Shown here: piece after piece, positions 26,085-35,004 of the stretch
Layout: the number at the start of each line of letters is the position of its first letter
How positions within the stretch are numbered: the first letter of the stretch is position 1
NCBI GenBank assembly: GCA_964506785.1
Contig: CAZDME010000006.1
Span: 1 to 35,111, forward strand
Source: an uncultured bacterium
Lineage (GTDB): Bacteria; CAZDME01; JAYEMH01
Reading direction: 5' to 3'
Length of the DNA stretch: 35,111 bases
Translations under genes and position numbers: made by a program
Notes under the pieces: model-generated
What the model was told of the DNA's origin: nothing
The model's input: only the letters and a program-made list of their open reading frames with translations
Database searches by the model: none

Positions 26085-26774
26085 CTATTTATTCTTCCTC
26101 ATTTCCTGGATACTTTTATTACTGCCGATTATAATCAGAATATCTCCATCTTCGATTATGTCGTCAGCATGGGGCAAAACCTTCATTTCCTCTTTGATAT
26201 CGGTTTCACCTTCTTCGTCAACCGTCGGCACCTTTTTCTTTATGGCAATAATGCTGACCTCTAATTTTCTTCGGATATTAATATCCCGCAGGGTTTTACC
26301 GGCAAATTCTTTGGGAGCAACTACTTCCATTATGCTGTAATCTGGCAGCAGTTCAAACTGGTCCAGGCAATTTGGGGCGCCCAGGTTCCTCGCCAAACGA
26401 ACGCCCATATCCCTTTCCGGAAAGACTACCCGGCTAACGCCTACCTGGCGCAGGACTTTTCCGTGCATCCCGGTTATCGCTTTAGCAATTATTTCCTTAA
26501 CACCGATTTCTTTAAGAAGCATGGTTACCAGAATACTCGCTTCGATATTCTGTCCGATACTGACGATAGCGACATCTACATCTTTTATTCCCACTGAACG
26601 CAGGGCTTTTTCATCGGTGGCATCGAGTTGCACTGCTTGGGTAGCATAATCATTTGCCTCCTGGACCTGTTCTTCGACCATATCGATGGCTAAAACTTCC
26701 GCTCCTTGGCTGCTCAGTGTCCGCGCAACACTGGCGCCAAACCGCCCCAAACCAATTACCGCAAACTGTCTCAT
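26085..26774 (-). CDS. ktrA: Potassium uptake regulatory subunit KtrA/TrkA (RCK)
   Basis: FAVIGLGRFG, DATD, VVFPERDMG, C-terminal RCK_C domain. Confidence 0.9.
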   Translation of the reverse strand: MRQFAVIGLGRFGASVARTLSSQGAEVLAIDMVEEQVQEANDYATQAVQLDATDEKALRSVGIKDVDVAIVSIGQNIEASILVTMLLKEIGVKEIIAKAITGMHGKVLRQVGVSRVVFPERDMGVRLARNLGAPNCLDQFELLPDYSIMEVVAPKEFAGKTLRDINIRRKLEVSIIAIKKKVPTVDEEGETDIKEEMKVLPHADDIIEDGDILIIIGSNKSIQEMRKNK

Positions 26775-26814
26775 TCTAATTACCTCCTTTAATATGACCC
26801 GTTGACACGTTCAA

Positions 26815-28185
26815 TCAGCCAATCATCACTTTTTCTTCAGGATATTTAAAAAGCCTTCTTTCTTCCGGCCGGGTCATGGCTAAGGCTAAGGTTAAAGGCC
26901 CCACCCGTCCGACAAACATGGTAATGATGATAATAACCCGTCCCCAGGCGCTTAGCTCTTTGGTAATCCCGGTGCTCAAGCCCACCGTGCCGAAAGCAGA
27001 GGTAGTTTCATATATTCCTTTGATTAAAAAACCCGGCTGATGGGCAATTTTCCCTTCGGCGATTAGTAAAAGCAAGGTAGCCAGAAAAATCCAGGAAATG
27101 GCTAAGACAAAAATAACCATCGCCCGGCGGATAATTAAGCGGGGTATTGTCCGGTGAAAAATAGAAACATAACTTTTATTCTTCAGCATCGACCACCAAA
27201 TGGCTAAAAAAATTATAAAGGTGCAGGTTTTAATTCCGCCGCCGGTTCCTCCCGGAGAGGCTCCGATAAACATCAAAATCAAAGTAAAAAAATGGCTGGC
27301 CGGCCGCATTTCCGCAACCGGTAAAGTATTAAAACCGGCTGTCCGCGGGGTAACCGCTTGAAAGAAAGAGGCCAGCATTTTTCTACCCAAAGGAAGCCCT
27401 TTTAATGTATTTTCTCCCTCTAAAAAGAAAAAAACTGTAAAAGCCAGCCCGATTAACACCAGTGTCGAAATAAGCGCAATTTTCGTCTGCAGGGAAACCT
27501 TATTTCTAACTGCTTCTTTTTTACCCGGGGTAAAGCGTAATTTTGATAAATCGATAAGGACGAAAAATCCAATCCCTCCCAGGACGATTAAGGTTATCAT
27601 AACTAAATTTGTTAAGACATCCCCTCGAAAAGCGGTTAGGCTGGTTTTAAATAAAGAAAACCCGGCATTGCAAAAACCGGAAACGGCATGAAAAACTGCC
27701 CGATAGGCAGTTTCGCCTAAACTGCCGGATAAAATCTTCCGCCAATGGAAAAATAAGATAGCCGCCCCGGCCCCTTCGAAAATGAGGGTCAAGAAAACGA
27801 TATTTTTAAGTAAATAAAGTATGCCTTTACCTTCGTTATGATTCAGGGCGCTCTGCATAATCATTCTTCCCTTAATGGTTATTTTCCTGCCGAAAAGAAC
27901 GGCAAATAGCGACGAGAAAGTCATTATACCCAATCCCCCTATTTGGACGAGGGAAAGAATCACCAGCTGGCCGAAACGGGTAAAATAACTGCCGGTATCG
28001 ACGACAATTAATCCGGTCACGCAGGTTGCCGAGGTAGCCGTAAAAAAGGCATTTATTAAAGAAATCCCCTCTTTAGTTGCCCAGGGCAGTTGAAGCAGAA
28101 TTGTTCCGGCAAAAATAGCCGCTAAAAAACTTAAGATAATGATTTGCGGCGGATTAAGCTTCTGCAAAATCCCCTTCTTATACAT
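26815..28185 (-). CDS. ktrB: Potassium uptake membrane subunit KtrB/TrkH
   Basis: Four pore motifs SATCVTGL, SGFCNAGF, TPRTAGF and SAFGTVGL; GASPGGTGGGIK; GRVG. Confidence 0.92.
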   Translation of the reverse strand: MYKKGILQKLNPPQIIILSFLAAIFAGTILLQLPWATKEGISLINAFFTATSATCVTGLIVVDTGSYFTRFGQLVILSLVQIGGLGIMTFSSLFAVLFGRKITIKGRMIMQSALNHNEGKGILYLLKNIVFLTLIFEGAGAAILFFHWRKILSGSLGETAYRAVFHAVSGFCNAGFSLFKTSLTAFRGDVLTNLVMITLIVLGGIGFFVLIDLSKLRFTPGKKEAVRNKVSLQTKIALISTLVLIGLAFTVFFFLEGENTLKGLPLGRKMLASFFQAVTPRTAGFNTLPVAEMRPASHFFTLILMFIGASPGGTGGGIKTCTFIIFLAIWWSMLKNKSYVSIFHRTIPRLIIRRAMVIFVLAISWIFLATLLLLIAEGKIAHQPGFLIKGIYETTSAFGTVGLSTGITKELSAWGRVIIIITMFVGRVGPLTLALAMTRPEERRLFKYPEEKVMIG

Positions 28186-28265
28186 TTTACCCGAACTCCC
28201 AATTTTTAAACCGCTGGACAGCTAATGAAGCCGCGGTCTATTAACCTGCAGCAGGATGTAACTGG

Positions 28266-28634
28266 CTAGGCTTTAGCCTTAGATTTACCTTTACCCTGGA
28301 CGGCTTTGACTAAATACGTAAAGGTTTTGGCGTCTGTGGCCGCAATTTCGGCCAGCATCTTTCTGTTGAGTTCGATTTTTGCCTTTTTTAATCCGGCTAA
28401 AAACTGGCTGTAGGAAAGCTGATGGTTTTCGCAGGCGGCATTAATCCTCACCGTCCAGAGCCGGCGCATATTTCTTTTTTTCGTCCGGCGGTCCCGGCTG
28501 GCATACATCAAACCTTTGTTAACTGTTTCATGCGCGGTTTTATAAAGGCGGTGTTTGCCTCCCCAGTATCCCTTGGCCATTTTCAGTATTTTTTTTCGCC
28601 GCTTCCTTGAAGCAGGCCCTTTTCTTGCTCGCAT
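28266..28634 (-). CDS. rplT: 50S ribosomal protein L20
   Basis: [34 protein letters not shown]. Confidence 0.97.
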   Translation of the reverse strand: MRARKGPASRKRRKKILKMAKGYWGGKHRLYKTAHETVNKGLMYASRDRRTKKRNMRRLWTVRINAACENHQLSYSQFLAGLKKAKIELNRKMLAEIAATDAKTFTYLVKAVQGKGKSKAKA

Positions 28635-28684
28635 TTTTCTTTTTCCTCTCTAAGAAATAAAAAAACAGGGTTTTCCCCGTCTCG

Positions 28685-28882
28685 CTATTTATATGGTAAA
28701 AGTTTCATCAGCGTCTTAGTCTCAGTCTTTGTGACTAAGGTTGACTTTCTCAAAGCTCTCTTCCGTTTCCTTCTTTTACCGGTCAAGAGATGGCTTTTAA
28801 ATCCTTTGTTTCTTCTTATTTTCCCTTTTTTGGTCTTTCGAAACCGCTTGGCGGCTCCGCGATGAGTCTTAAGCTTAGGCAT
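28685..28882 (-). CDS. rpmI: 50S ribosomal protein L35
   Basis: [14 protein letters not shown]...SHLLT..K...LLPY; ATG at 28882 with SD GGAG. Confidence 0.96.
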   Translation of the reverse strand: MPKLKTHRGAAKRFRKTKKGKIRRNKGFKSHLLTGKRRKRKRALRKSTLVTKTETKTLMKLLPYK

Positions 28883-29408
28883 TTTCCTCTCCATGTTTAG
28901 AAACTTTGGGCCGCAGAATTATTATTGTGCTTCTCCCTTCTTGTCTCGGGCCGAATTCTACCACTGCTAACTTATCTGTTTCCTCAATCACTTTTTGCAT
29001 CAAAGCATCACCGATGTCTTTGTGAGACATTTCCCTGCCTCGGTACATCAGGGTGATTTTCACCTTGTGCCCCTCAAGCAGAAATTCCTCGATATGATTA
29101 AGTTTGATAGTGTAATCATGGGGATCGATTTTGGGGCGTATTTTTATCTCTTTGGTCTCCATAATCTTTTGTTTTTTCTTTACTTCTTTGGCCCGCTTAG
29201 CCTGCTGATAACGGTATTTTCCGTAATCAATAATCCGGCAGACCGGAGGTTTGGCTGTCGGGGCCACTTCGACTAAATCTAAATTTGCCTCCTCGGCCAA
29301 TCTCAGCGCCTCTTTAATCGCCACTACCCCCATCTGGTCCCCATTTTGATTGACTAATCTAACCTCTCCGACTCGAATCTCGCTATTGATTCTTGGTTCT
29401 TGTGAAAT
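28875..29408 (-). CDS. infC: Translation initiation factor IF-3 (ATT start)
   Basis: RINSEI...VRLV, DLVEVAP...[35 protein letters not shown] lies 7 nt before an in-frame ATT at 29408. Confidence 0.95.
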   Translation of the reverse strand: MSQEPRINSEIRVGEVRLVNQNGDQMGVVAIKEALRLAEEANLDLVEVAPTAKPPVCRIIDYGKYRYQQAKRAKEVKKKQKIMETKEIKIRPKIDPHDYTIKLNHIEEFLLEGHKVKITLMYRGREMSHKDIGDALMQKVIEETDKLAVVEFGPRQEGRSTIIILRPKVSKHGEENA

Positions 29409-29475
29409 TGTCAATCACCTCCTTTATTTCTGCCTGTCCTGACGGCAGATGTATAAACCCCTTTTTAAAAACTGG

Positions 29476-31191
29476 TCATTCCCTCCGCTTTTGTTCAATC
29501 TCCTTCTCTAAATTCTTAATTAACTTATCTGCCTTTTGACTGCCTAAATCTCCCTTCCCTCTTTTCCTTACCGCTACTGTCTTAGCCGCCTCTTCCCTCC
29601 GGCCAATAACCAAAAGGTATGGCGCCTTTTCCATTTCTCCTTCTCTGATTTTATACCCTATTTTTTCATTGCGCCAATCTTCCTCTATTCGAAACCCCTT
29701 ATTTCTTAAGTCTTTGGCTAACCCTTTGGCGTAAGAAATCTGGTTTTCGGTAACCGTCAAGAGTTTAATCTGCACCGGAGCAATCCATAAGGGAAAAGCC
29801 CCGCCGAAATGCTCGATTAACACCCCCAGGAATCTCTCGATTGTGCCTAAAATGACCCGGTGAATCATAACCGGACGGTGTTTTTTTCCGTCTTCTCCGA
29901 TATAGGCGACATCGAACCGTTCCGGGATGGTGAAATCCACCTGGATAGTTGCTCCCTGCCAGGTGCGTCCCAGAGAATCCTTTAATTTAACGTCGATTTT
30001 CGGCCCATAAAAAGCCCCTTCGCCTTCGTTTATTTGATAGGCCGTTTTTCGTTCGCTCAAAACCTCTTTCAAAGACCGGGTAGCCATATCCCAGTCCTCT
30101 TGTTTTCCGATAAAATCCTCCGGCCGGGTGCTTACCTCCATTTCCCATTGGAAACCAAAGAGTTTAAGGACATCCTCGACAAAATCCAGCACCTTATCGA
30201 CTTCTTCTTTAAACTGCCCCGGCGAACAAAAAATATGGGCGTCATCCTGCGTAAAACCTCTCACCCGCATCAATCCATGGAGCACCCCGGATTTTTCGTA
30301 GCGGTACACCGTGCCTAATTCGAAGAAACGGATTGGGAGTTCCCGATAACTATGCCGGTGGGCTTTATAAATCAGGATATGCCCGGGGCAATTCATTGGT
30401 TTAACCGCATATTCCTGTTTTTCCGCTTCGATAAAATACATCAGGTCCCGGTAATGCTCGTAGTGCCCGGACATTTTCCAGATATCCGATTTTAAAATAT
30501 GCGGGGTAGAGACCAATTGATAACCCCGCTTCAGGTGTTCTTTGATAATAAAATCCTCCAGGATATTACGTAAAATTGCCCCTTTGGGGTGATAAAAAAC
30601 CAACCCGGCGCCGGCTTCTTCATGGAAGCTGAATAGGTCCAGGGCTGGCCCCAGCTTTCGGTGGTCCCTTTTCCTGGCTTCATCAAGGTTCTCAAGGTAT
30701 TTCTCTAATTCTTTCTGGGTCGGGAAAGCGGTGCCGTAGATACGCTGAAGCATCGTATTGGTTTCTTTCCCCCGCCAGTAAGCCCCGGCGGCATTTATAA
30801 GTTTAACCGCTTTTACCTCTCCGGTTTTTCCTAAATGCGGCCCCTTGCATAAATCGGTAAAGTTTCCGTGGCGGTAGATACTTACGGAATCATCCGGGAT
30901 TTCCTTAAGCAGTTCCAGTTTATATGGTTCTTTAAGCTGGCTGAAAATTTCTACGGCTTCTTTTTTCGAAACTTTAGATTGGAAAAAGGGCTGGTCGGCT
31001 TCGATAATCTCCTTCATTTTAGCTTCGATTTTCGCTAAATCATCCGGAGTAAAAGGGCGGGAATAATCAAAGTCATAATAGAACCCGTCGGCAATCGCCG
31101 GGCCGATGCCCAACTTTACCTCCGGGTATAATTCTTTAACGGCTGAGGCTAATATATGAGCGGCGCTATGCCGCAGGGATTTTAAGTCCAA
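29476..31191 (-). CDS. thrS: Threonine--tRNA ligase (lacking the N-terminal TGS domain)
   Basis: LRHSAAHIL, DLCKGPH, RDHRKLG, KPMNCPGH, RVRGFTQDDAH, AFYGPK, MIHR; TTG start. Confidence 0.96.
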   Translation of the reverse strand: MDLKSLRHSAAHILASAVKELYPEVKLGIGPAIADGFYYDFDYSRPFTPDDLAKIEAKMKEIIEADQPFFQSKVSKKEAVEIFSQLKEPYKLELLKEIPDDSVSIYRHGNFTDLCKGPHLGKTGEVKAVKLINAAGAYWRGKETNTMLQRIYGTAFPTQKELEKYLENLDEARKRDHRKLGPALDLFSFHEEAGAGLVFYHPKGAILRNILEDFIIKEHLKRGYQLVSTPHILKSDIWKMSGHYEHYRDLMYFIEAEKQEYAVKPMNCPGHILIYKAHRHSYRELPIRFFELGTVYRYEKSGVLHGLMRVRGFTQDDAHIFCSPGQFKEEVDKVLDFVEDVLKLFGFQWEMEVSTRPEDFIGKQEDWDMATRSLKEVLSERKTAYQINEGEGAFYGPKIDVKLKDSLGRTWQGATIQVDFTIPERFDVAYIGEDGKKHRPVMIHRVILGTIERFLGVLIEHFGGAFPLWIAPVQIKLLTVTENQISYAKGLAKDLRNKGFRIEEDWRNEKIGYKIREGEMEKAPYLLVIGRREEAAKTVAVRKRGKGDLGSQKADKLIKNLEKEIEQKRRE

Positions 31192-31213
31192 TCTTTTCTC
31201 TTTCTACAAACAG

Positions 31214-31236
31214 AAAAAAAGGGCTAAGCCCTTTCT
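31214..31236 (-). terminator. Intrinsic-terminator-like hairpin in the thrS leader
   Basis: AAAGGGC-TTA-GCCCTTTTTTT on the minus strand. Confidence 0.5.
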
Positions 31237-31251
31237 ACCGGCATTTAGCCT

Positions 31252-31280
31252 ATATTAGTACACTATATATAGGAAGTCAA
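31252..31280 (-). promoter_or_regulatory. sigma70-type promoter upstream of thrS
   Basis: TTGACT-N17-TAATAT. Confidence 0.6.
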
Positions 31281-31295
31281 GCAAATTTTACCCCC

Positions 31296-31410
31296 ACCAC
31301 GAGCCACGAGCTATTTCCCCCGTAGCATCCCGAAGGGATTGGTATCGGGGTGAGCCAATTCGAGCCAAGAGCCATCAGCCAGCAGCCAGTACCCAGGAAC
31401 CAACAGCCAT
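31296..31410. repeat. Composite repeat: heptamers, 34-bp hairpin and core, downstream of epsI
   Basis: Hairpin at 31318-31351 identical to the other two copies; core at 31353-31367; GAGCCAA/CAGCCAG heptamers. Confidence 0.88.
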
Positions 31411-32060
31411 CATCCATCACCCACCCCCAGGTATTTAAAGAGTAGTGCCGCAAAATTCGTTAATCGCTCTTCCAGGTTATGTTGATTTTCTCCGTAAATT
31501 TCCCGGGTGGAAATTCTAATCAAAGCCGTATCGGTCCCTTTAAAAGGCTTCCGCCTTATCTGGTTCCAGGTCATCTGGAGCTGTTGCGCGTAGAAATTGG
31601 TAAATAGCTTTTCACCGGCTTTATACCAATAAAGGATAACCTCCTCCGGCCTTTTTTCTTTCCCCGGTAAAATCACTAATTTATTGGTAGGATAAATTTT
31701 ATTGCCTATTTTTAAATTGAACACCTCTTTATGCGCCGCTACTCCCCCGCCGGTCAGGCAAACCTCCGGCGGATGAATTGCCTTGCGGTTACGCGAAGAA
31801 AAAACGCCTGAAAAATAGACAATTTCACCTTCAGGGTTGCTGTATTTCCGGATAACCACAAAAGGGCTTTCCAAAATCTCCAGGGTCCGCCTGGAAACCG
31901 GGATTTCCTCTCCCACCCATTCCCCCAGCTTCGTCGGGAAGTCAAATGATTCCTCTTTAACCAATAATTTCCTTTGGCTTGCTTCAAGAAAGAAAATTAT
32001 CCCGGCGCATAACGTCAAGACACCCATAACCGTAAAAAATCGTTTATTTTCTCCCGGCAC
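31410..32060 (-). CDS. epsI: EpsI-family exosortase-associated periplasmic protein
   Basis: N-terminal TM, FPTKLGEWVG, IHPPEVCLTGGG, VILYWY, ALIRIST; overlaps the exosortase gene. Confidence 0.88.
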   Translation of the reverse strand: MPGENKRFFTVMGVLTLCAGIIFFLEASQRKLLVKEESFDFPTKLGEWVGEEIPVSRRTLEILESPFVVIRKYSNPEGEIVYFSGVFSSRNRKAIHPPEVCLTGGGVAAHKEVFNLKIGNKIYPTNKLVILPGKEKRPEEVILYWYKAGEKLFTNFYAQQLQMTWNQIRRKPFKGTDTALIRISTREIYGENQHNLEERLTNFAALLFKYLGVGDG

Positions 32061-32856
32061 TCAACAGTCTCCCTATGCTTAAAAGAAATATGAAAGCGAC
32101 GATAAAAACCAAAACACCGGATATATCATGGAATGCGCCTAAGGCCGCCTCTTCGCCGTATATCTCGGCCACGGCGCACATACTGCTGATTCGAAAGATA
32201 TTGGCAATGAGGGCAATCGGGATAGAAGACAAAAAAATTAAAAATTTTCGAATCCGTGTCGTTTTGATAAAATAAGCAAAAAGCGCCCCCAGGGCAAGAA
32301 GAGCAATCAAAGAACGCAGTCCGCTGCAGGGGTCTCCGACGGTCAAACTCGACCGGGACATAAAAATAGTGCTGCCGCGCTCCACGGCCATAAATCCTAT
32401 TTTTTTTATCAGCCAGACCGAACTTCCCGCCGCTAAAAGTTTTAGTTTCAAGCTCATATTGGAAATAACTACCAGCGGCAGGGGAATCATAAAGAAAAGA
32501 AAGAAAATCGGGAAAAGAATCACCCTGGTAATTTCCTTTCCCCAGAGATAAAGAGATATTCCCAGAACGGCCAGGATAAATGAAAAACCGGAAACAAAGC
32601 CGATTTGCAGCCAGCGGCTGGCCAGGTGAATTAATAAAGCGGCGATAAAAAGCGGCAGCCCCGGCGGGAAAGAGGAAGGTTTTCCTTCTTTAATTTCATC
32701 CCTCTTGACAAAAATTAAATAAGCCGAGATTAATGGGATTAAAAAACCGTGGGAATAATATGAATCGGCTGTCGTCCAGCGCTGATACATCCAGATAAAG
32801 GCTGGATAATAAGCAACGGAAAGAATTCCCAGGAGAGAAAGAATCTTGATTATCAT
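32044..32856 (-). CDS. Exosortase (EpsH family transpeptidase)
   Basis: YYSHGFLIP, FMIPLP, catalytic Cys in VGDPCSGLRS, Arg in ANIFRI, His in FHDISG; multiple TM helices. Confidence 0.93.
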   Translation of the reverse strand: MIIKILSLLGILSVAYYPAFIWMYQRWTTADSYYSHGFLIPLISAYLIFVKRDEIKEGKPSSFPPGLPLFIAALLIHLASRWLQIGFVSGFSFILAVLGISLYLWGKEITRVILFPIFFLFFMIPLPLVVISNMSLKLKLLAAGSSVWLIKKIGFMAVERGSTIFMSRSSLTVGDPCSGLRSLIALLALGALFAYFIKTTRIRKFLIFLSSIPIALIANIFRISSMCAVAEIYGEEAALGAFHDISGVLVFIVAFIFLLSIGRLLSAGRK

Positions 32857-32867
32857 AAATATTATCT

Positions 32868-33974
32868 CTAAGGGGACACTTTCAACTCATCGACCCTTTT
32901 TTTTGCTACCTGCGCCAGGCGGCTTCGGGGGAATTTTTCTATCAACCGTTGATAAGTGGCAATGGCTTTAACTTTATCTTTCAATTCGCGTTCATAAACG
33001 ATGCCCATATTTAACAGGGCTAAAGGAATCCCCGGGGATTTGGGATATTCTTTAATTATCTTCTCCTGTGTTTCTATCGCCTTCTCCCAGTTCTTTTGAT
33101 TGAAATAACCGGTGCTCTCTAAATTAATGGCAATCAATCCCAAGGGATTTTCCTTATTCTCCCCGTAAATCTTCTGATAATAACTTATCGCTTCATTAAA
33201 AGCGCTTTCTGCCTGGACTTTGTCGTCCTTCAGTTGGTAATGATTAGCGATATAAAGGGGAATCCTTAGGCCTTCCTGGCTATAAGGATATTCATTCATT
33301 ATTTTCTTTAACAAGGCCAAGGCCTCCGGCCAACGCTCCTCTTTTTCGTAGAGAACGGCTAAGGCAAACCGGGCTTTAACCGTCAGCCCTTTAGCCGTCA
33401 TTTTTATTTTATCGGTCAGGCCGTTTTTACTAACCGTCTCATATCGTTTTATGGCCTCCGTAAAAGCCTCAGCCGCCTTGGGGAAATCGCCCAGTTTTTG
33501 ATAACGGCTGGCTAAATAGAAGGGCATCGCCAGTCCCTGGGAAGTCTGCGGATAGTCTTTGATTAAGCGGGCATAGATAATTGAGGCCCCCTCCCAGTTA
33601 TGCTGCATTTCATAGAGGCTGCCGATAATTGCTTTTGCCTGAGCGCATACCTCTTTATTATCCGAATAATCGGCGATAATCTTTTCCAATTCCTTCTCCG
33701 CCTGGCCGTAATGCTTCCGGGCAATATACAATTCTACGATTGCCCATTGTGCCTTTATTTTATCCGGCCAGTCCGGATACTTCTTGATGATAGCGCGGAA
33801 TCGATTGGCGGTAACTTCGAACTGTCCCGGCGGGGTGGCTTCCGGATTAGCCAAAATCTCTTTGACGGCTTTCTGGGCATGCCACATTTCTTTCTCCGCC
33901 GCATACTCCTGGCCGCAGCCGGCCATCCCCAAAACCGCCGTCAGAAACATACCTAAAATAAATATTTTCTTCAT
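32868..33974 (-). CDS. TPR-repeat lipoprotein
   Basis: Lipobox-like LGMAG-C at residue 20; repeated A..Y..LI..YP TPR units. Confidence 0.8.
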   Translation of the reverse strand: MKKIFILGMFLTAVLGMAGCGQEYAAEKEMWHAQKAVKEILANPEATPPGQFEVTANRFRAIIKKYPDWPDKIKAQWAIVELYIARKHYGQAEKELEKIIADYSDNKEVCAQAKAIIGSLYEMQHNWEGASIIYARLIKDYPQTSQGLAMPFYLASRYQKLGDFPKAAEAFTEAIKRYETVSKNGLTDKIKMTAKGLTVKARFALAVLYEKEERWPEALALLKKIMNEYPYSQEGLRIPLYIANHYQLKDDKVQAESAFNEAISYYQKIYGENKENPLGLIAINLESTGYFNQKNWEKAIETQEKIIKEYPKSPGIPLALLNMGIVYERELKDKVKAIATYQRLIEKFPRSRLAQVAKKRVDELKVSP

Positions 33975-34004
33975 CGTTAATCCGATAAAATCCCTGGTTT
34001 TTCG

Positions 34005-34874
34005 CTAAGCTTCCGTTTCTTTATTCAAGATAAACAGCGTTGTCACCGCACTTAAAACAATCGAATCGACTACAAAAGTAATCACGATACCCAATCCCAG
34101 GATAAGCAGGGTAACCTCCGGGGAAAATTTTATCATTAGCCGCGGCAGATTATATTTCATCAAGGATATCGGGAAATTAAGCAAAGATGGTAAGAGAATA
34201 AGAATAAAGGTAGGCAAAAACAAATTTTTCATCAATCCAAACGACCGGATAATGCTTTTAAAAAATCCTTTTCCATCCAGGATTATCGCCGGGATGGCAA
34301 AAGCAAAAACGGTATTAATCATTACGGTAAGGACAAAATTGAGGTAAACGATTATTTGGCGCATTTGCCCGGAATTGAGGCCAAAGAGGAGCAGATGCTC
34401 CTGAAAATATTTTTTAAACAAGACACCCTCTCCTTTAAAAAAACCAAAAGCGAAAATGATTACCACGAACCAAACCGCCGCCAGGCTCAAATAGCGGGAA
34501 AGGGCTTTTTTAAATCCCTCGGCTAACTTCAGCGGCTCTTTCCTTATCTGCTGGCTGATTAAATAAACCATCCAGCCGCTGAGCAAAGAGACAAAAATTA
34601 TCCCTAAAAACAAAGTAAGATAATTGCTTAGTTTGTCGAGGAAAAGAAAATTGGCCGGATAATGGAGATAGTGAGCCCGGTGGAAATATTTCAATATCGG
34701 CCCGGCCAGGATAGAAAAAGGACGGCGGGGATAATAATAAAGCAAGGTTAGGCCTATAGAGTTAATTAGTGCCGCTATTGCTAAAGGAAGGACGATAATC
34801 GGCTTTTTGAAAAGAGCCGAAAAAGAAAGCTTCCAGACTGCCCCGCTAAGTTCAAGTTTCTCTTTAATTCGCAT
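34005..34874 (-). CDS. Hypothetical multi-pass membrane protein
   Basis: About six hydrophobic helices; co-oriented with the exosortase cluster. Confidence 0.75.
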   Translation of the reverse strand: MRIKEKLELSGAVWKLSFSALFKKPIIVLPLAIAALINSIGLTLLYYYPRRPFSILAGPILKYFHRAHYLHYPANFLFLDKLSNYLTLFLGIIFVSLLSGWMVYLISQQIRKEPLKLAEGFKKALSRYLSLAAVWFVVIIFAFGFFKGEGVLFKKYFQEHLLLFGLNSGQMRQIIVYLNFVLTVMINTVFAFAIPAIILDGKGFFKSIIRSFGLMKNLFLPTFILILLPSLLNFPISLMKYNLPRLMIKFSPEVTLLILGLGIVITFVVDSIVLSAVTTLFILNKETEA

Positions 34875-34883
34875 TGTCAGCGT

Positions 34884-34912
34884 AATATAGCATAAAAGGA
34901 AAAAAAAAGCAA
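34884..34912 (-). promoter_or_regulatory. sigma70-type promoter, nearly leaderless, for the exosortase operon
   Basis: TTGCTT-N17-TATATT with a TGn extension, 9 nt upstream of the ATG at 34874; no SD. Confidence 0.5.
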
Positions 34913-35004
34913 GGTTTTATCCTTGCTCCAGACCCCCGCCCTAAGAGAACCCAAGTGTTTAACTCGATAAAACCTGCAATCAAAAATTAAACCTTGAGTT
35001 TCTC

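Noticed and set aside
31192-31300. T-box riboswitch upstream of thrS (also considered for pheS)
   Set aside because: The leaders are too short and lack the T-box consensus and specifier stem.
19816-31351. 34-bp hairpin repeat as a CRISPR direct repeat
   Set aside because: The copies are 5-6 kb apart, separated by housekeeping genes. There is no repeat-spacer array and no cas gene.
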